DNA of 48,843 nt from Actinomycetota bacterium (GCA_947478745.1 CANJXE010000001.1:1-48843), one strand, 5' to 3'; positions 24,450 to 35,773 are shown, counted from the first letter of the stretch. Made by a program: numbers and translations. Notes: generated by a model from the sequence alone, not told the origin.

Positions 24450-25183
24450 TGCTGCGCATCGTGCCCATCTACCCCGAGCTGCTCTCCATCTACGCCGATC
24501 GGGGGAACGTGCGCGTTCTCGCCCAACGGGCCCGCTGGCGCGGTCTCCCCGTCGAGGTGGTGCCGCTGGGCTTGGGCGAGGAGCTCGACCCCGCGGCGGC
24601 CGACGTCATCCTGATCGGCGGCGGACAGGACCGGGATCAGGCGCTCGTCGCCGAGGCGCTGATCGCGCAGACGCCGGCCCTGCGCTCGGCGATTGCCGAC
24701 GGCGTGCCCGTGCTCGCGGTCTGCGGCGGCTTCCAGCTGCTCGGACATCGCTACGTGGATCAGTCGGGACGCGAAACCCCGGGCACCGGGCTCGTCGACC
24801 TTGAGACCCATGCCGGCACGCGGCGGATCATCGGCAACGTCCTGGTCGACGTGCGGCTCGGTGGCGAGGTGCACACCATGGTCGGGTTCGAGAACCACGC
24901 GGGCCGCACCCGGCTCGGTGCGGGCGTCACGCCGTTCGGTCGACCCAAGGTCGGGGGCGGCAATGACGGCGACGGCCTCGCGGAGGGGTGTCGCGTCGAT
25001 CGGGTGATTGGCACCTACGTCCACGGCCCGCTGCTCCCGAAGAACCCGTGGCTCGCCGATCAGCTTCTGTCGTGGGCCTGCCAGCACCGTGGGCTCGATC
25101 CGGTGCTGGAGACGCTGGACGATCGCCTGGAGGCGGCTGCGGCGGAGACGGCCATGCGCATCGCGCGCACCGAGTCGCGCTAG
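24449..25183 (+). CDS. gatD: Glutamine amidotransferase GatD (CobQ-type GATase partner of MurT)
   Basis: The ATG overlaps the murT stop by 1 nt (TGATG). Blocks are LSIYADRGN, the catalytic Cys in LAVCGGFQLLG, and GTYVHGPLLPKNP. Confidence 0.85.
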   Translation: MLRIVPIYPELLSIYADRGNVRVLAQRARWRGLPVEVVPLGLGEELDPAAADVILIGGGQDRDQALVAEALIAQTPALRSAIADGVPVLAVCGGFQLLGHRYVDQSGRETPGTGLVDLETHAGTRRIIGNVLVDVRLGGEVHTMVGFENHAGRTRLGAGVTPFGRPKVGGGNDGDGLAEGCRVDRVIGTYVHGPLLPKNPWLADQLLSWACQHRGLDPVLETLDDRLEAAAAETAMRIARTESR

Positions 25184-25192
25184 GACTCCTGC

Positions 25193-25645
25193 CTAGGAGA
25201 TCCACATGCGGCCGAGGCTGACGAACGGGTCGCCCGGTCGATAGTGCTTGAGGTAGTCGTGGATCGGCGGACGCAGGTCGAGCTCGTGCAGGCGGTCGCG
25301 ATCCACGAACGCATGGCCGAGCACTGCGCGGTCCTCTGACACGAGCTGCTCGGCCTCGCAGACCGCGGTCTCGATGGCGAAGATCATGTGGAGGATGTGC
25401 CGGCCGTTGGCGAGTCCATCGGGTGGGATCGTCTCGGCCATGGCAATCGGCCCGTGCACCGTCAGCGGGGTCAGGCCGCACTCCTCGCCGAGCTCTCGGC
25501 GTACGGCCTCCTCGAGCTGCTCGCCCTCGTCAACGCCACCGCCCGGCAGGAGCCAGTAGGAGCGCCCATCCTTCTCGTGGCGGACGAGGAGCACGCGGCC
25601 ACCGTTGATCACCAGACCGGCGACGCGGATGCGGGGACCGGTCAC
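25193..25645 (-). CDS. NUDIX hydrolase
   Basis: Nudix box [24 protein letters not shown]. Confidence 0.85.
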   Translation of the reverse strand: MTGPRIRVAGLVINGGRVLLVRHEKDGRSYWLLPGGGVDEGEQLEEAVRRELGEECGLTPLTVHGPIAMAETIPPDGLANGRHILHMIFAIETAVCEAEQLVSEDRAVLGHAFVDRDRLHELDLRPPIHDYLKHYRPGDPFVSLGRMWIS

Positions 25646-26082
25646 GCGCTCTTCCCCGTCGACCCGAAGCCCCCCTCGCCCCGGACGGAGCCGGGCAGCG
25701 CGGCCACCTCGGTGAAGGCGGCTGCCGGGAACTGGACGAGCACGAGCTGCGCGATGCGGTCCCCCACCTCGACGCTGCGGGTGGCGAGCGGATCGTGGTT
25801 GACCAGGATGACCTTGATCTCGCCGCGATAGCCGGCATCGATCAGCCCCGGTGCGTTGAGGACGCCGAGGCCCTCGTGGAGCGCGAGCCCCGATCGCGGC
25901 ACCACCAGCGCCGCCAGACCGGCGGGCAGGGCCATGGCGAAGCCGCAGCCGACGGCGCAGCGCTCTCCCGGAGCCAGCACGGCAGTCTCGGTGGCGTGCA
26001 GGTCGAACCCAGCGTCGTCATCGTGCGCACGCGTTGGCAGCCGGGCGTCGGGGTGCAGGCGCTGGAACGGGATCTCGCTCAC
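25642..26082 (-). CDS. dut: dUTP diphosphatase
   Basis: dUTPase motifs [22 protein letters not shown] and [10 protein letters not shown]. There are 4-nt overlaps with both neighbouring genes. Confidence 0.9.
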   Translation of the reverse strand: MSEIPFQRLHPDARLPTRAHDDDAGFDLHATETAVLAPGERCAVGCGFAMALPAGLAALVVPRSGLALHEGLGVLNAPGLIDAGYRGEIKVILVNHDPLATRSVEVGDRIAQLVLVQFPAAAFTEVAALPGSVRGEGGFGSTGKSA

Positions 26083-27359
26083 GCCACGATCTCCCCGGTC
26101 GTCACGGCAAAGCGCTCGTAGCGATCGCGCTCGGCCTTGGGCAGGCGAGCGCGGATGCGCACTCCCTCGGCGGTGTCCTCCCGCTGCGAGATCGGTGCGC
26201 CGAGCGCGTACAGGGAGGACAGCACGGCGCCCTCGCTGTGCGGGACCAGCAGCTCCACGGGCTCGAAGCGCCCGGCGAAGTGCTCCGCGATGATGATCTC
26301 GAGCTCGTCGAGCCCCTCGCGGGAGTGCGACGAGACCTGGATGGCATCGGGCAGGCGATTGCGGAGCCGCTCGCGGTCCTCGGCGCTGACGAGATCGATC
26401 TTGTTGAGCACGGTCATGCGCGGCAGCTCGCCGGCGCCGATCTGCTCGAGGACGTCATCGACCGCGCGCATCTGCACGTCGCGCTCCTCCTCGGGCAGCG
26501 AGGCATCGACGACGTGGAGGATGAGGTCGCCGGAGAGCGTCTCCTCGAGCGTCGAGGCGAAGGCCTCGACGAGCCCGTGCGGCAGCTTGCGGATGAAGCC
26601 GACGGTGTCGGTCAGCGTGTACTCGCGGCCGACGTGCGTGTAGCGCCGCGTCGTCGGATCGAGCGTCTCGAAGAGGCGATTGGCGCTCGACACCTCGGCG
26701 CCGGTGAGCGCGTTGAGGAGGCTCGACTTGCCGACGTTCGTGTAGCCCGCCAGCGAGACGGTCGGGACGATGCCCTCCATGCGACGCTGGCGCTGGAGCC
26801 GCCGGCGCTTGCCGGTCTCCTTCAGCTTGCGACGCAGGGCGGTGATGCGATCGCGGGCGAGGCGTCGGTCCGTCTCGAGCTGGGACTCGCCCGGGCCGCG
26901 GGTGCCGACGCCGCCGCCGAGCCGTTCGAGGTGCTGCCACATGCCGCGCATGCGCGGCAGCTGGTACTCCAGCTGCGCCAGCTCGACCTGCAGCTTGCCT
27001 TCGGCGGAGTGCGCGTGGGCGGCGAAGATGTCAAGGATCAGCGCGGTGCGATCGATCACGCGGATCTTGAAGCGGTTCTCGAGGTACCGCTGCTGGGAGG
27101 GTGTCAGCTCGTCGTCGATCACGAGGACCTCGGCGTCGACTGCCCTGAGCGCCTCCTCGAGCTCGTCGACCTTGCCGGAACCAAGGTAGGTCTTGAGCTC
27201 CGGCTGATCGCGCTTCTGGAGCAGCTCGCCGACGGGATTGCACTGCGCGGTGCGCAGCAGCTCGAAGATCTCCGCGAGGTCGGCTTCGATGCGCTGGTTC
27301 GGCCGGGCGATGGCAGCGACGAAGGCGCGCTCCAGCTCGTTCGAGCGAATCACATGCAT
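26079..27359 (-). CDS. hflX: GTPase HflX
   Basis: ATG at 27359 (MHVIRSNE..). HflX N-domain RTALILDIFAAHA...KLQVELAQL..QLPR, then G1 GYTNVGKSSLLNALTG and G3 DTVGF, and NKID. Confidence 0.9.
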   Translation of the reverse strand: MHVIRSNELERAFVAAIARPNQRIEADLAEIFELLRTAQCNPVGELLQKRDQPELKTYLGSGKVDELEEALRAVDAEVLVIDDELTPSQQRYLENRFKIRVIDRTALILDIFAAHAHSAEGKLQVELAQLEYQLPRMRGMWQHLERLGGGVGTRGPGESQLETDRRLARDRITALRRKLKETGKRRRLQRQRRMEGIVPTVSLAGYTNVGKSSLLNALTGAEVSSANRLFETLDPTTRRYTHVGREYTLTDTVGFIRKLPHGLVEAFASTLEETLSGDLILHVVDASLPEEERDVQMRAVDDVLEQIGAGELPRMTVLNKIDLVSAEDRERLRNRLPDAIQVSSHSREGLDELEIIIAEHFAGRFEPVELLVPHSEGAVLSSLYALGAPISQREDTAEGVRIRARLPKAERDRYERFAVTTGEIVA

Positions 27360-27391
27360 GCCGTCACCCACTGAGACTGAGTCTACTCCGC

Positions 27392-28555
27392 TCAGGAGGC
27401 GGCGAGGGCAGCGCCGATGCGATCGAGTGCCTCGAGGAGGCGTTCCTCCGGCACGGTCAGCGCCATCCGCACGAAGCCCTCGCCCGCGCTGCCGTAGGCG
27501 CTGCCCGGGGTGACCACGACGCCGGCCTGCTCGACGAGGCGCGTGGCGAAGGCGCTGGAGGTCTCCCCCGTCGGGACCGGAACCCACAGGTACATGCCCC
27601 CCTGCGGTGGCGTCACGGGCATGCCGATCTCGGCCAGCCGCGCGCACGCCAGATCGCGGCGGGCGCGGTAGACGGCCAGCGGCGGGCCGTCGAGGTCGGA
27701 CTGGCGGAGCATCCACGTGGCGGTGCGCTGCAGCGCCGGGAACATCCCCGAGTCGATCTGGGTCTTGAGGCGCTGGAGCACCGAGATGATCGCGGGGCTG
27801 CCAACGGCGAAGGCGATCCGCCAGCCCGGGACGGAGTAGGTCTTCGACAGCGACAGCACCTCGATGCCGCGACTCCGGAAGCCCGGATCGGTGAGGGCGC
27901 TCGGAGCCTGCAGGTCGTCGTAGGCAATCTCCGCGTAGGCGTGGTCGTGGCACAGGACCAGGTCGTGCCGGTCCCCGAAGGCCGCGAGGCGCGCGAACAG
28001 GTCGGGCGCTGCCACGGCCCCGGTCGGGTTGTTCGGGTAGCCGCACACGAGCAGCCGCGCACGGGCCGCCACGTCTGCCGGCACGTGGTCGAGGTCGGGC
28101 TGGAAACCGTTGGCGGGAAGCAGCGGCAGCGGGAACGAGTCCGCGCCAGCCAGCAGGGGTCCCCCGTGGTAGACGGGGTAGCCGGGATCGGCGATCAGCG
28201 AGAGGGCACCGGGGTCGAGGACCGCGAGGGCGAGGTGCGCGAGGCCCTCCTTCGCCCCGAGCAGCGGCAGCACCTCGGTGCCGGGATCGACGACGACGCC
28301 GAAGCGACGCGCGTAGTGCTCGGCGACGGCCTCGCGCAGCTCGGGCTGGCCGAGGTTGGTCGGGTAGCGGGCTGCGTCGTCGCGTTGCACCTCCTCGGCC
28401 AGATGCGCGCGGATGCGCGGGTCCGGCGGCAGGTCGGGATCGCCGATGGCCAGCGAGATGACGTCTACGCCGGCGGCCCGCTGCTCGGCGATGAGGCGAT
28501 TCAGCCGGGCGGTGACGTACTCGGGAATCGCGTCCATGCGGTCGGAGAAGCGCAT
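27392..28555 (-). CDS. Class I PLP-dependent aminotransferase; by context a diaminopimelate-pathway aminotransferase (DapC- or DapL-like)
   Basis: ATG at 28555 (MRFSDRMDAIPEY). Motifs are GYPNNPTG, and SKTYSVPGWRIAF carrying the PLP Lys. Lies immediately downstream of dapD-dapE-dapF. Confidence 0.75.
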   Translation of the reverse strand: MRFSDRMDAIPEYVTARLNRLIAEQRAAGVDVISLAIGDPDLPPDPRIRAHLAEEVQRDDAARYPTNLGQPELREAVAEHYARRFGVVVDPGTEVLPLLGAKEGLAHLALAVLDPGALSLIADPGYPVYHGGPLLAGADSFPLPLLPANGFQPDLDHVPADVAARARLLVCGYPNNPTGAVAAPDLFARLAAFGDRHDLVLCHDHAYAEIAYDDLQAPSALTDPGFRSRGIEVLSLSKTYSVPGWRIAFAVGSPAIISVLQRLKTQIDSGMFPALQRTATWMLRQSDLDGPPLAVYRARRDLACARLAEIGMPVTPPQGGMYLWVPVPTGETSSAFATRLVEQAGVVVTPGSAYGSAGEGFVRMALTVPEERLLEALDRIGAALAAS

Positions 28556-28562
28556 CGTCGGC

Positions 28563-29345
28563 TCAGCGCAGCAGCTCGTCGTCGAGCTCGACGGTCTCGA
28601 CGCGCAGGGCGGGCCCGCGCATCGTGACCGCGCCGTGCGCACCGACCTCGATGATCAGCTCGCCCCCGGGCAGCTCCACCGTCACCGGCGACGAGGCGGT
28701 CCCGTTGGCCACGAGGGCGACGGCGACGGCACAGGCGCCCGTGCCGCAGGCCGGCGTCTCGCCCACCCCCCGCTCCCAGACGCGCATGCGGACGCGGTGC
28801 TCGTCGATGGGCACGACGATCTCGACGTTGGTGCGCTCGGGGAACCACGGGTGATGCTCAAGGCCGGGCCCGACGTCGTGGAGCGGGAAGGCCTCCACGT
28901 CGTCGACGGGGATCACGACGTGCGGGTTGCCGATGCTGACGAAGGTGTGCGCGTACGGGAACGGCTCGTCGGTGGGTGCGTACTGCGGCCCGTCGAGCCT
29001 GGCCGGCGCCATCTGCGCCGAGATCGTCTCGCCGTCGACCGTGCAGCGCAGGATGCCCGCGGCGGTGCTGATCGTCACGTCGCCCTGACCCGTCTGCTCC
29101 GCGAGCCAGCGCGCCACCATGCGCGTGCCGTTGCCGCAGGCCTCGCTCTGGGAGCCGTCGGGGTTCCAGATGCGCATGGAGACGTCCGCGCCGTCGTCGC
29201 GACGCACCTCGAGGACGCCGTCATCGCCGAGCGTGGCGCAGATGCGGGCAGCGCGCTCGGCGTCGAGTGCGACGGGCAGCAGGGCGGCGTCCACGATCAG
29301 GTAGACGTTCCCCGCTCCCTCCCAGCGCTCAGCCGTGGTGCTCAT
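28563..29345 (-). CDS. dapF: Diaminopimelate epimerase
   Basis: Two catalytic Cys motifs are present, SEACGNGTR and ETPACGTGACA. The start overlaps the dapE stop (ATGA). Confidence 0.9.
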   Translation of the reverse strand: MSTTAERWEGAGNVYLIVDAALLPVALDAERAARICATLGDDGVLEVRRDDGADVSMRIWNPDGSQSEACGNGTRMVARWLAEQTGQGDVTISTAAGILRCTVDGETISAQMAPARLDGPQYAPTDEPFPYAHTFVSIGNPHVVIPVDDVEAFPLHDVGPGLEHHPWFPERTNVEIVVPIDEHRVRMRVWERGVGETPACGTGACAVAVALVANGTASSPVTVELPGGELIIEVGAHGAVTMRGPALRVETVELDDELLR

Positions 29346-30401
29346 GGCGCGTCGAGCTCCGCGGCGAGCACGCGCTCGCACTCGCTCAGGCGCGCCACGT
29401 CGACCCACTCGCCGGGCTGGTGGGCCTGGGCGGGTTCGCCGGGACCGTAGTTGAAGGCGGGCACGCCCCATGCGTGCAGCGTGGCCACGTCGGTCCAGGC
29501 CTGCTTGGGCAGGACGGGCAGGCCGCTGCGCGTGACGAAGTCGGCGACGGCCGGATCGGCGAGGCTCGGCATCGCGGGCGGCGCCACGTCGCTCCACTCG
29601 ATCGCTCCGGCCGGACCGGCCAGCTGCTGGACCTCGTGCATCGCGTCATCGATCGAGCCGCCCGGCGCCACGCGGACGTTGACCCACAGCTCGACGCGGT
29701 CGGGGACCACGTTGTGGGCCACGCCGCCGTTGATCATGGTGACGGTGACCACATCGTGGTACGTGAGGCCGTCGATCTCTGTCGCCCGCGGCGCACGCTC
29801 GGCGAACCGCGCCAACGCCGCGGCGAGGTGGTGCGAGATCGCGTTGTCCCCCTCCCACGGGCGAGCGGCGTGCGCTGCACGGCCGGAGTACACGATCTGC
29901 GCGTTGAGCGATCCGACGGCGCCCGCGTGGATCGTGCCCGCGGTCGGCTCGAGGACGATCGCGAGGGCGGGCTTCGGATCGAGCAGCTGCGACTCGGCCA
30001 GCACACGGTGGATGCCGTTGTCGGCGTGCGGACCCTCTTCGCGGTCGTAGAACACGCAGACCGTGGGGCGCGACGCGGAGGTCAGGCGCGGCAGCAGGGC
30101 GAGCATCACGGCCACCCCGCCCTTCATGTCCGACGCACCGCGACCGACGATCCGTTCGTCGCTGCGCTCCACGCCGCCGTCGAGCCAGTTGGGCACGGTA
30201 TCCAGGTGCCCGACCAGCGCGATCGGCACGCCGGGGCCACCGGCTCGCGCCACGACGGAGTTGCCGATGCGCTCGTAGTCGAGCCCGAGCGTGCGCACGC
30301 GATCCTCGACCAGGTCGGCGAGGTGCTGCTCCTCCCCGTATTCCGACCGCGTCGAGACGAGGTCGAAGCAGATGTCGTCGACGGAGCCGCTGAGCAACGG
30401 C

Positions 30402-30409
<8 letters not shown>
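29342..30409 (-). CDS. dapE: Succinyl-diaminopimelate desuccinylase (M20 peptidase family)
   Basis: M20 motifs LVGHLDTVP, GRGASDMKGG and YDREEG. Sits between dapD and dapF. Confidence 0.8.
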
Positions 30410-31211
<802 letters not shown>

Positions 31212-31220
31212 GCGGGAATG

Positions 31221-32150
31221 CTATCGGGGCTCGTCCCGCAGGCGCTCAGCGATCATCGCCGCCACGATCGTCGGCGGATGGTTCGCGTCCACGTCCTCGG
31301 CGTGGTCGAGGCGACGCAGCCACGTGTCCTGCCGCTTGGCGTACTGGCGGGTGCGTGCGGACAGCCGCTCCTCGCACGCCGCACGGCTGATGCGTCCCTC
31401 GTCGAGCGCCCGCACGTCGTCGAGGCCGTGGGCCCGCTGGGCCGTGTGGGCGAGCGGGCGGGGATCGGTCAGCAGCGCCCGAATCTCGTCGATGCCACCC
31501 TCGTCGAGCAGGCGCGGCGTGCGGGCGTTGATGCGGCGGTGCAGCTCGGCGCGGTCGATCTGCAGTCCGAACAGCCGGGTCGGATGGCGCATCGAGTCGG
31601 CCCAGAGCTGATCCCCGGCCGCGGGGGCGAGCGACTCGCCGAGCTCCGCCAGCTCGAGGGCGCGCACGATCCGGCGCACGTCCGTGGGGGCGACGCGTGC
31701 GGCCGCAGTCGGGTCGATCAGCGCCAGCTCGGCGTGCGCTGCTGCTGCCCCCACGTGCTCGACGTGCTGCAGCAGGCGTTCGCGGTCGCGCTCGTCGGCC
31801 TGCGGGGGGAACGACACCTCGGCCAGTGCGGCGCGCAGGTAGAGCCCCGAGCCGCCGGCGACGATCGGCGTGCGGCCGCGCGCGATGATGTCGTCGATCG
31901 CCGCGTGCGCCTCGCTGCCGAAGCGCGCCACGTCGTACGCCTCATGTGGATCGACGTGGCCCACGAGATGGTGCGGCACGCCCTGTCGCTCGTCGAGGAG
32001 GGGCTGGTTGGTGATGCGCTCGAGGCCGCGGTAGATCTGCATGGAGTCGGCGGAGACGACCTCACCGTCGATCAGTTGGGCCAGGGCCACGGCGATGACG
32101 GACTTGCCGGAGGCCGTCGGGCCGAAGATCGCGACGACGCGCGGCACCAT
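31221..32150 (-). CDS. miaA: tRNA dimethylallyltransferase
   Basis: P-loop GPTASGKS, SADSMQIYRGL and GGSGLYLRA. Confidence 0.9.
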   Translation of the reverse strand: MVPRVVAIFGPTASGKSVIAVALAQLIDGEVVSADSMQIYRGLERITNQPLLDERQGVPHHLVGHVDPHEAYDVARFGSEAHAAIDDIIARGRTPIVAGGSGLYLRAALAEVSFPPQADERDRERLLQHVEHVGAAAAHAELALIDPTAAARVAPTDVRRIVRALELAELGESLAPAAGDQLWADSMRHPTRLFGLQIDRAELHRRINARTPRLLDEGGIDEIRALLTDPRPLAHTAQRAHGLDDVRALDEGRISRAACEERLSARTRQYAKRQDTWLRRLDHAEDVDANHPPTIVAAMIAERLRDEPR

Positions 32151-32152
32151 GA

Positions 32153-33472
32153 TCAGGCGGGGACGGCGCTCTGGACGCGTCCGCGCAGCGTCTGCGATGT
32201 CGAGTGCTCGATGACCACCGACACCGTCGTTCCGGCCGGGGCCGCCGGCGTGAACAGCGTCGTCTTGTTCCCGCGGGTCTTGCCGCGGAAGACCTCGGGG
32301 TCGGTGCGGCTGGGGCCCTCGGAGAGGACCTCCTGCACGGTGCCGACGAGCGCGGCGTTGCGACGCGTGGCGTGGTCTTGCACGAGCTCCACGAGGCGCT
32401 CGAGGCGCTCGTGCTTGACGTCATCGGCGATCTGGTCGTCGAGGCCGGCGGCCTCCGTGCCGTTGCGGGGCGAGTAGATGAAGGTGAAGGCGTGGTCGAA
32501 CGACGCCTCGTCGTAGACGCGCAGGGTCTCCTGGAAGTCCTCCTCGGTCTCGCCGGGGAAGCCGACGATCACGTCGGTGGTCAGCTCGATGTCGGGCATC
32601 GCCGTGCGCAGCCGACCGACCAGATCGAGGAACCGCTCGCTGTCGTAGGTGCGCCGCATGCGCTTGAGGATGCGCGTGGATCCGGACTGCAGCGGCAGGT
32701 GCAGCTGGTTGCAGACGGCGGGCGACTCTGCCATCGCGGCGATCACGTCGCCGCGCATGTCCTTGGGATGGGGGCTCATGAAGCGAATCCGGGAGATCCC
32801 GTCGATCGCATCGACGGCACGGAGCATCTCGGCGAAGGTGCAGCGCTGATCCGGCGGCAGGTCGCGCCCGTAGGAGTTGACGTTCTGTCCGAGCAGCATC
32901 ACCTCGGTGACGCCATCCGCGGCCAGCGCGTGCGCCTCGGCGAGCACCTCGCGGGGGTGCCGCGAGCGCTCTCGGCCGCGCACGCTCGGCACGATGCAGT
33001 AGCTGCAGACGCTGTTGCAGCCCATCGACAGCTGCAGCCACGCCTGGAAGTGCCGCTCGCGCCGCTTGGGCAGGTCGGCGGCGAAGTCGTCGAACGACCC
33101 GAACGCCCCGCGATCATCCTCGCCCGACGCCTCCAGCACCTGCTGGAGCGCGCCGATGCGGCCGGGACCGACCGCCGCGTCGACCCACGGGAAGTCGCGG
33201 AAGATCGCGTGTCGCGTGGACTCCGCCCAGCAGCCGGCGACGATGATCTGCAGGTCGGGATTGTCCTCCTTGCGGTTCTTCGCGTTGTGCAGGCGCTGCA
33301 CGAGCCGATCGTCGGCCCGCTCGCGGATGGTGCAGGTGTTGAAGACGAGCACGTCGGCCTGCTCCTCCGACGGTGCCTCCCCCATCCCGGCCGCTTCCAG
33401 CATGCCCTTGATGCGCTCGGAGTCGTGCACGTTCATCTGGCAGCCGAACGTCGTGACGTGGAACCGCCGCAT
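32153..33472 (-). CDS. miaB: tRNA-2-methylthio-N6-dimethylallyladenosine synthase (radical SAM)
   Basis: MTTase N-domain TFGCQMN, the radical-SAM cluster motif GCNSVCSYCIVP, and a TRAM C-terminus. Confidence 0.9.
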   Translation of the reverse strand: MRRFHVTTFGCQMNVHDSERIKGMLEAAGMGEAPSEEQADVLVFNTCTIRERADDRLVQRLHNAKNRKEDNPDLQIIVAGCWAESTRHAIFRDFPWVDAAVGPGRIGALQQVLEASGEDDRGAFGSFDDFAADLPKRRERHFQAWLQLSMGCNSVCSYCIVPSVRGRERSRHPREVLAEAHALAADGVTEVMLLGQNVNSYGRDLPPDQRCTFAEMLRAVDAIDGISRIRFMSPHPKDMRGDVIAAMAESPAVCNQLHLPLQSGSTRILKRMRRTYDSERFLDLVGRLRTAMPDIELTTDVIVGFPGETEEDFQETLRVYDEASFDHAFTFIYSPRNGTEAAGLDDQIADDVKHERLERLVELVQDHATRRNAALVGTVQEVLSEGPSRTDPEVFRGKTRGNKTTLFTPAAPAGTTVSVVIEHSTSQTLRGRVQSAVPA

Positions 33473-33477
33473 GTCGC

Positions 33478-35067
33478 CTAGTGGGCGAGCTCGCTGGTGC
33501 GGGACTCGCGGATCACGGTCACCTTGATCTGCCCCGGGTACTCGAGCGAATCCTCGATCTCCGCGGCGATCTCGCGCGCCAGCTGGGCGGCCATGTCGTC
33601 GTCCACCTCGCTGGGCTTGACCATCACGCGGACGTCGCGACCGGCCTGCATCGCGAAGCAGCGCTCAACGCCCTTCTTGCGCATCGCGATCTCCTCCAGG
33701 GCCGTGAGGCGCTTGACGTACTGCTCGAGGCTCTCGCCACGGGCACCCGGACGGGCGGCGGAGATCGCGTCGGCGGCGATCACGAGCACGGCCTCGACGG
33801 TCTCGGGCTCGACGTCGTGGTGGTGCGCCTCGACGGCGTGCGCCACCGCCTCGGTCTCCCCGTACTTGCGGCAGAACTGCCCGGAGATCATCGCGTGCGG
33901 CCCCTCGACCTCGTGCGTGACGGCCTTGCCGAGGTCGTGCAGCAGCGCGGCGCGGCGGGCGACGCGCTCGTCGGCGCCGAGCTCGATTGCCATGATCGCG
34001 GCCAGATGGGCGCACTCGAGCGAGTGCTTGAGGACGTTCTGTCCGTACGACGTGCGGTAGTTGAGCCGGCCCAGGATCGCGAGGAGCTCGGGGTCCAGCC
34101 CGGGGACGTTGGCCTCGAAGGACGCCTGCTCGCCGGCCTCGCGGATCTTCTGCTCGATCTCCTCCTTGGCCTGATAGTAGGTCTCCTCGATGCGCGCCGG
34201 ATGGATGCGTCCGTCCGCGACGAGCTTCTCGAGCGTGATGCGGGCGATCTCTCGCCGGACGCCGTCGAAGGCGGACAGCACGACGGCGCCGGGCGTGTCG
34301 TCGATGATGATGTCGACGCCCGTGGTGGTCTCGAACGCGCGGATATTGCGGCCCTCGCGGCCGATGATGCGCCCCTTGATGTCGTCGGAGGGCAGCTGGA
34401 CGGTCGAGACGGTGGTGGCCGCGGCGTACCCCGAGGCCGTACGCTGGATGGCGGTGCCGATGATCGAGCGGGCCCGGCGATCGCCGTCCTGGCGGGCCTC
34501 CTCCTCGATCCGGCGGGTCAGCTGGGCGGCGTCGTGACGCGCGCTCTCCTCCACCCGGGAGAGCAGCTGCGCGCGGGCCTCGTCGCGGGTCATGCCACCA
34601 ACGCGCTCGAGCTCGCGATCGGCGCGCGTCTGGGCGTCGCGGAGCACGACATCCGCGGCGGCCAGGGCCTGCTCGAGCTGGTGGGCGGCGAGCTCGCGCT
34701 CGGTCACCACCGTCTCGTTGCGCAGGGTGGTCTCCTCGCGTGCGGCCACGCGCTCCTCGAGGCGCGAGAGCTCCACCCGCTGCGTGTCCAGCTCGCGTTC
34801 GAGGTCGCGACGGAGCTCGAGCAGCTGTGACTTGGCGTCGACCTCGGCCTCGCGGCGGATGGTGTCGGCCTCGCGCTGGGCGGCGACGATCTCTCGCTCG
34901 GCCTCGCTGCGCTTGGCCTCTGCGTCGAGGCGGCGGCTCTCGAGGTCGCGGATGGCTGCCTCATCGTGCAGCTGGATGGTCCTCTGCATACGCGAGCGCA
35001 CGGCGAGGCCTGCAATGGCACCGCCTACGACCAGCGCGGCGACGAGCGCGATCACGGTCACTAGCAC
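33478..35067 (-). CDS. rny: Ribonuclease Y
   Basis: N-terminal TM helix, a coiled coil, the KH motif IIGREGRNIRAFE and the HD domain LLHDLGKA. Confidence 0.9.
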   Translation of the reverse strand: MLVTVIALVAALVVGGAIAGLAVRSRMQRTIQLHDEAAIRDLESRRLDAEAKRSEAEREIVAAQREADTIRREAEVDAKSQLLELRRDLERELDTQRVELSRLEERVAAREETTLRNETVVTERELAAHQLEQALAAADVVLRDAQTRADRELERVGGMTRDEARAQLLSRVEESARHDAAQLTRRIEEEARQDGDRRARSIIGTAIQRTASGYAAATTVSTVQLPSDDIKGRIIGREGRNIRAFETTTGVDIIIDDTPGAVVLSAFDGVRREIARITLEKLVADGRIHPARIEETYYQAKEEIEQKIREAGEQASFEANVPGLDPELLAILGRLNYRTSYGQNVLKHSLECAHLAAIMAIELGADERVARRAALLHDLGKAVTHEVEGPHAMISGQFCRKYGETEAVAHAVEAHHHDVEPETVEAVLVIAADAISAARPGARGESLEQYVKRLTALEEIAMRKKGVERCFAMQAGRDVRVMVKPSEVDDDMAAQLAREIAAEIEDSLEYPGQIKVTVIRESRTSELAH

Positions 35068-35179
35068 CTGGTTCTCCTGACGTTCGAGCTAGCCGCACCC
35101 ACGGGCGCAGCAGAATGATCTGCTCCGAAGGGTAGCGTGCGGCAGAGGACGGCTCGTCGGTGAAGCCGTGGCAGCGGCC

Positions 35180-35767
35180 TCAGCCCTCGTCGGGCAGTCC
35201 CAGCAACCGCTCAGCCGTGCTCTCGTCGAAGCCGCGGGCCGCGAGCCGCTGCCAGCCCTCGGCACCGCGTCGCGTCCCCAGGGCCGCGCGCCCGGCCTGC
35301 TCGAGCTCGGCGGCATCGATCTCCGCCAGGGTCGTGCGGATCAGAGCCTCCTCCACGCCGGCGGCGGCCAGGTCGTGCTCGATGCGCAGGGGACCCCAGC
35401 CCTTCTGCAGGCGGTGGGCGGTCAGCTCCGCCGCGTGGCGCGCATCGTCGACAGCGCCCATCTGGGTCAGTCGATCGACGGCGGCACGTGCGGCGTCGTC
35501 GCCGTCGCGTCGGGCGATCCGCTGCTCGAGCTCACCGCGTGCGTGCGAGCGGCGCCCGACGAGCTTGGCCCCGCGCTGCAGGGCTCGCTCGCGCTTCGCC
35601 TCCGATTCCGCCTCGCGGACGACATCGGGGTGCACCTCGCGTCCCTCGTCGAGCCCGAGACGTGCTGCCGTCAGTGCGTCGAGGACGATCCACGCCTTGC
35701 CATCGAGCTCAATGGCAAGGCGATGATCGTCTCGGGTGCGGATCGCGGTGATCTCCCGCGGGTCCAT
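35180..35767 (-). CDS. recX: Recombination regulator RecX
   Basis: Repeated three-helix RecX pattern, positioned immediately downstream of recA. Confidence 0.85.
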   Translation of the reverse strand: MDPREITAIRTRDDHRLAIELDGKAWIVLDALTAARLGLDEGREVHPDVVREAESEAKRERALQRGAKLVGRRSHARGELEQRIARRDGDDAARAAVDRLTQMGAVDDARHAAELTAHRLQKGWGPLRIEHDLAAAGVEEALIRTTLAEIDAAELEQAGRAALGTRRGAEGWQRLAARGFDESTAERLLGLPDEG

Positions 35768-35773
35768 CGCAAG

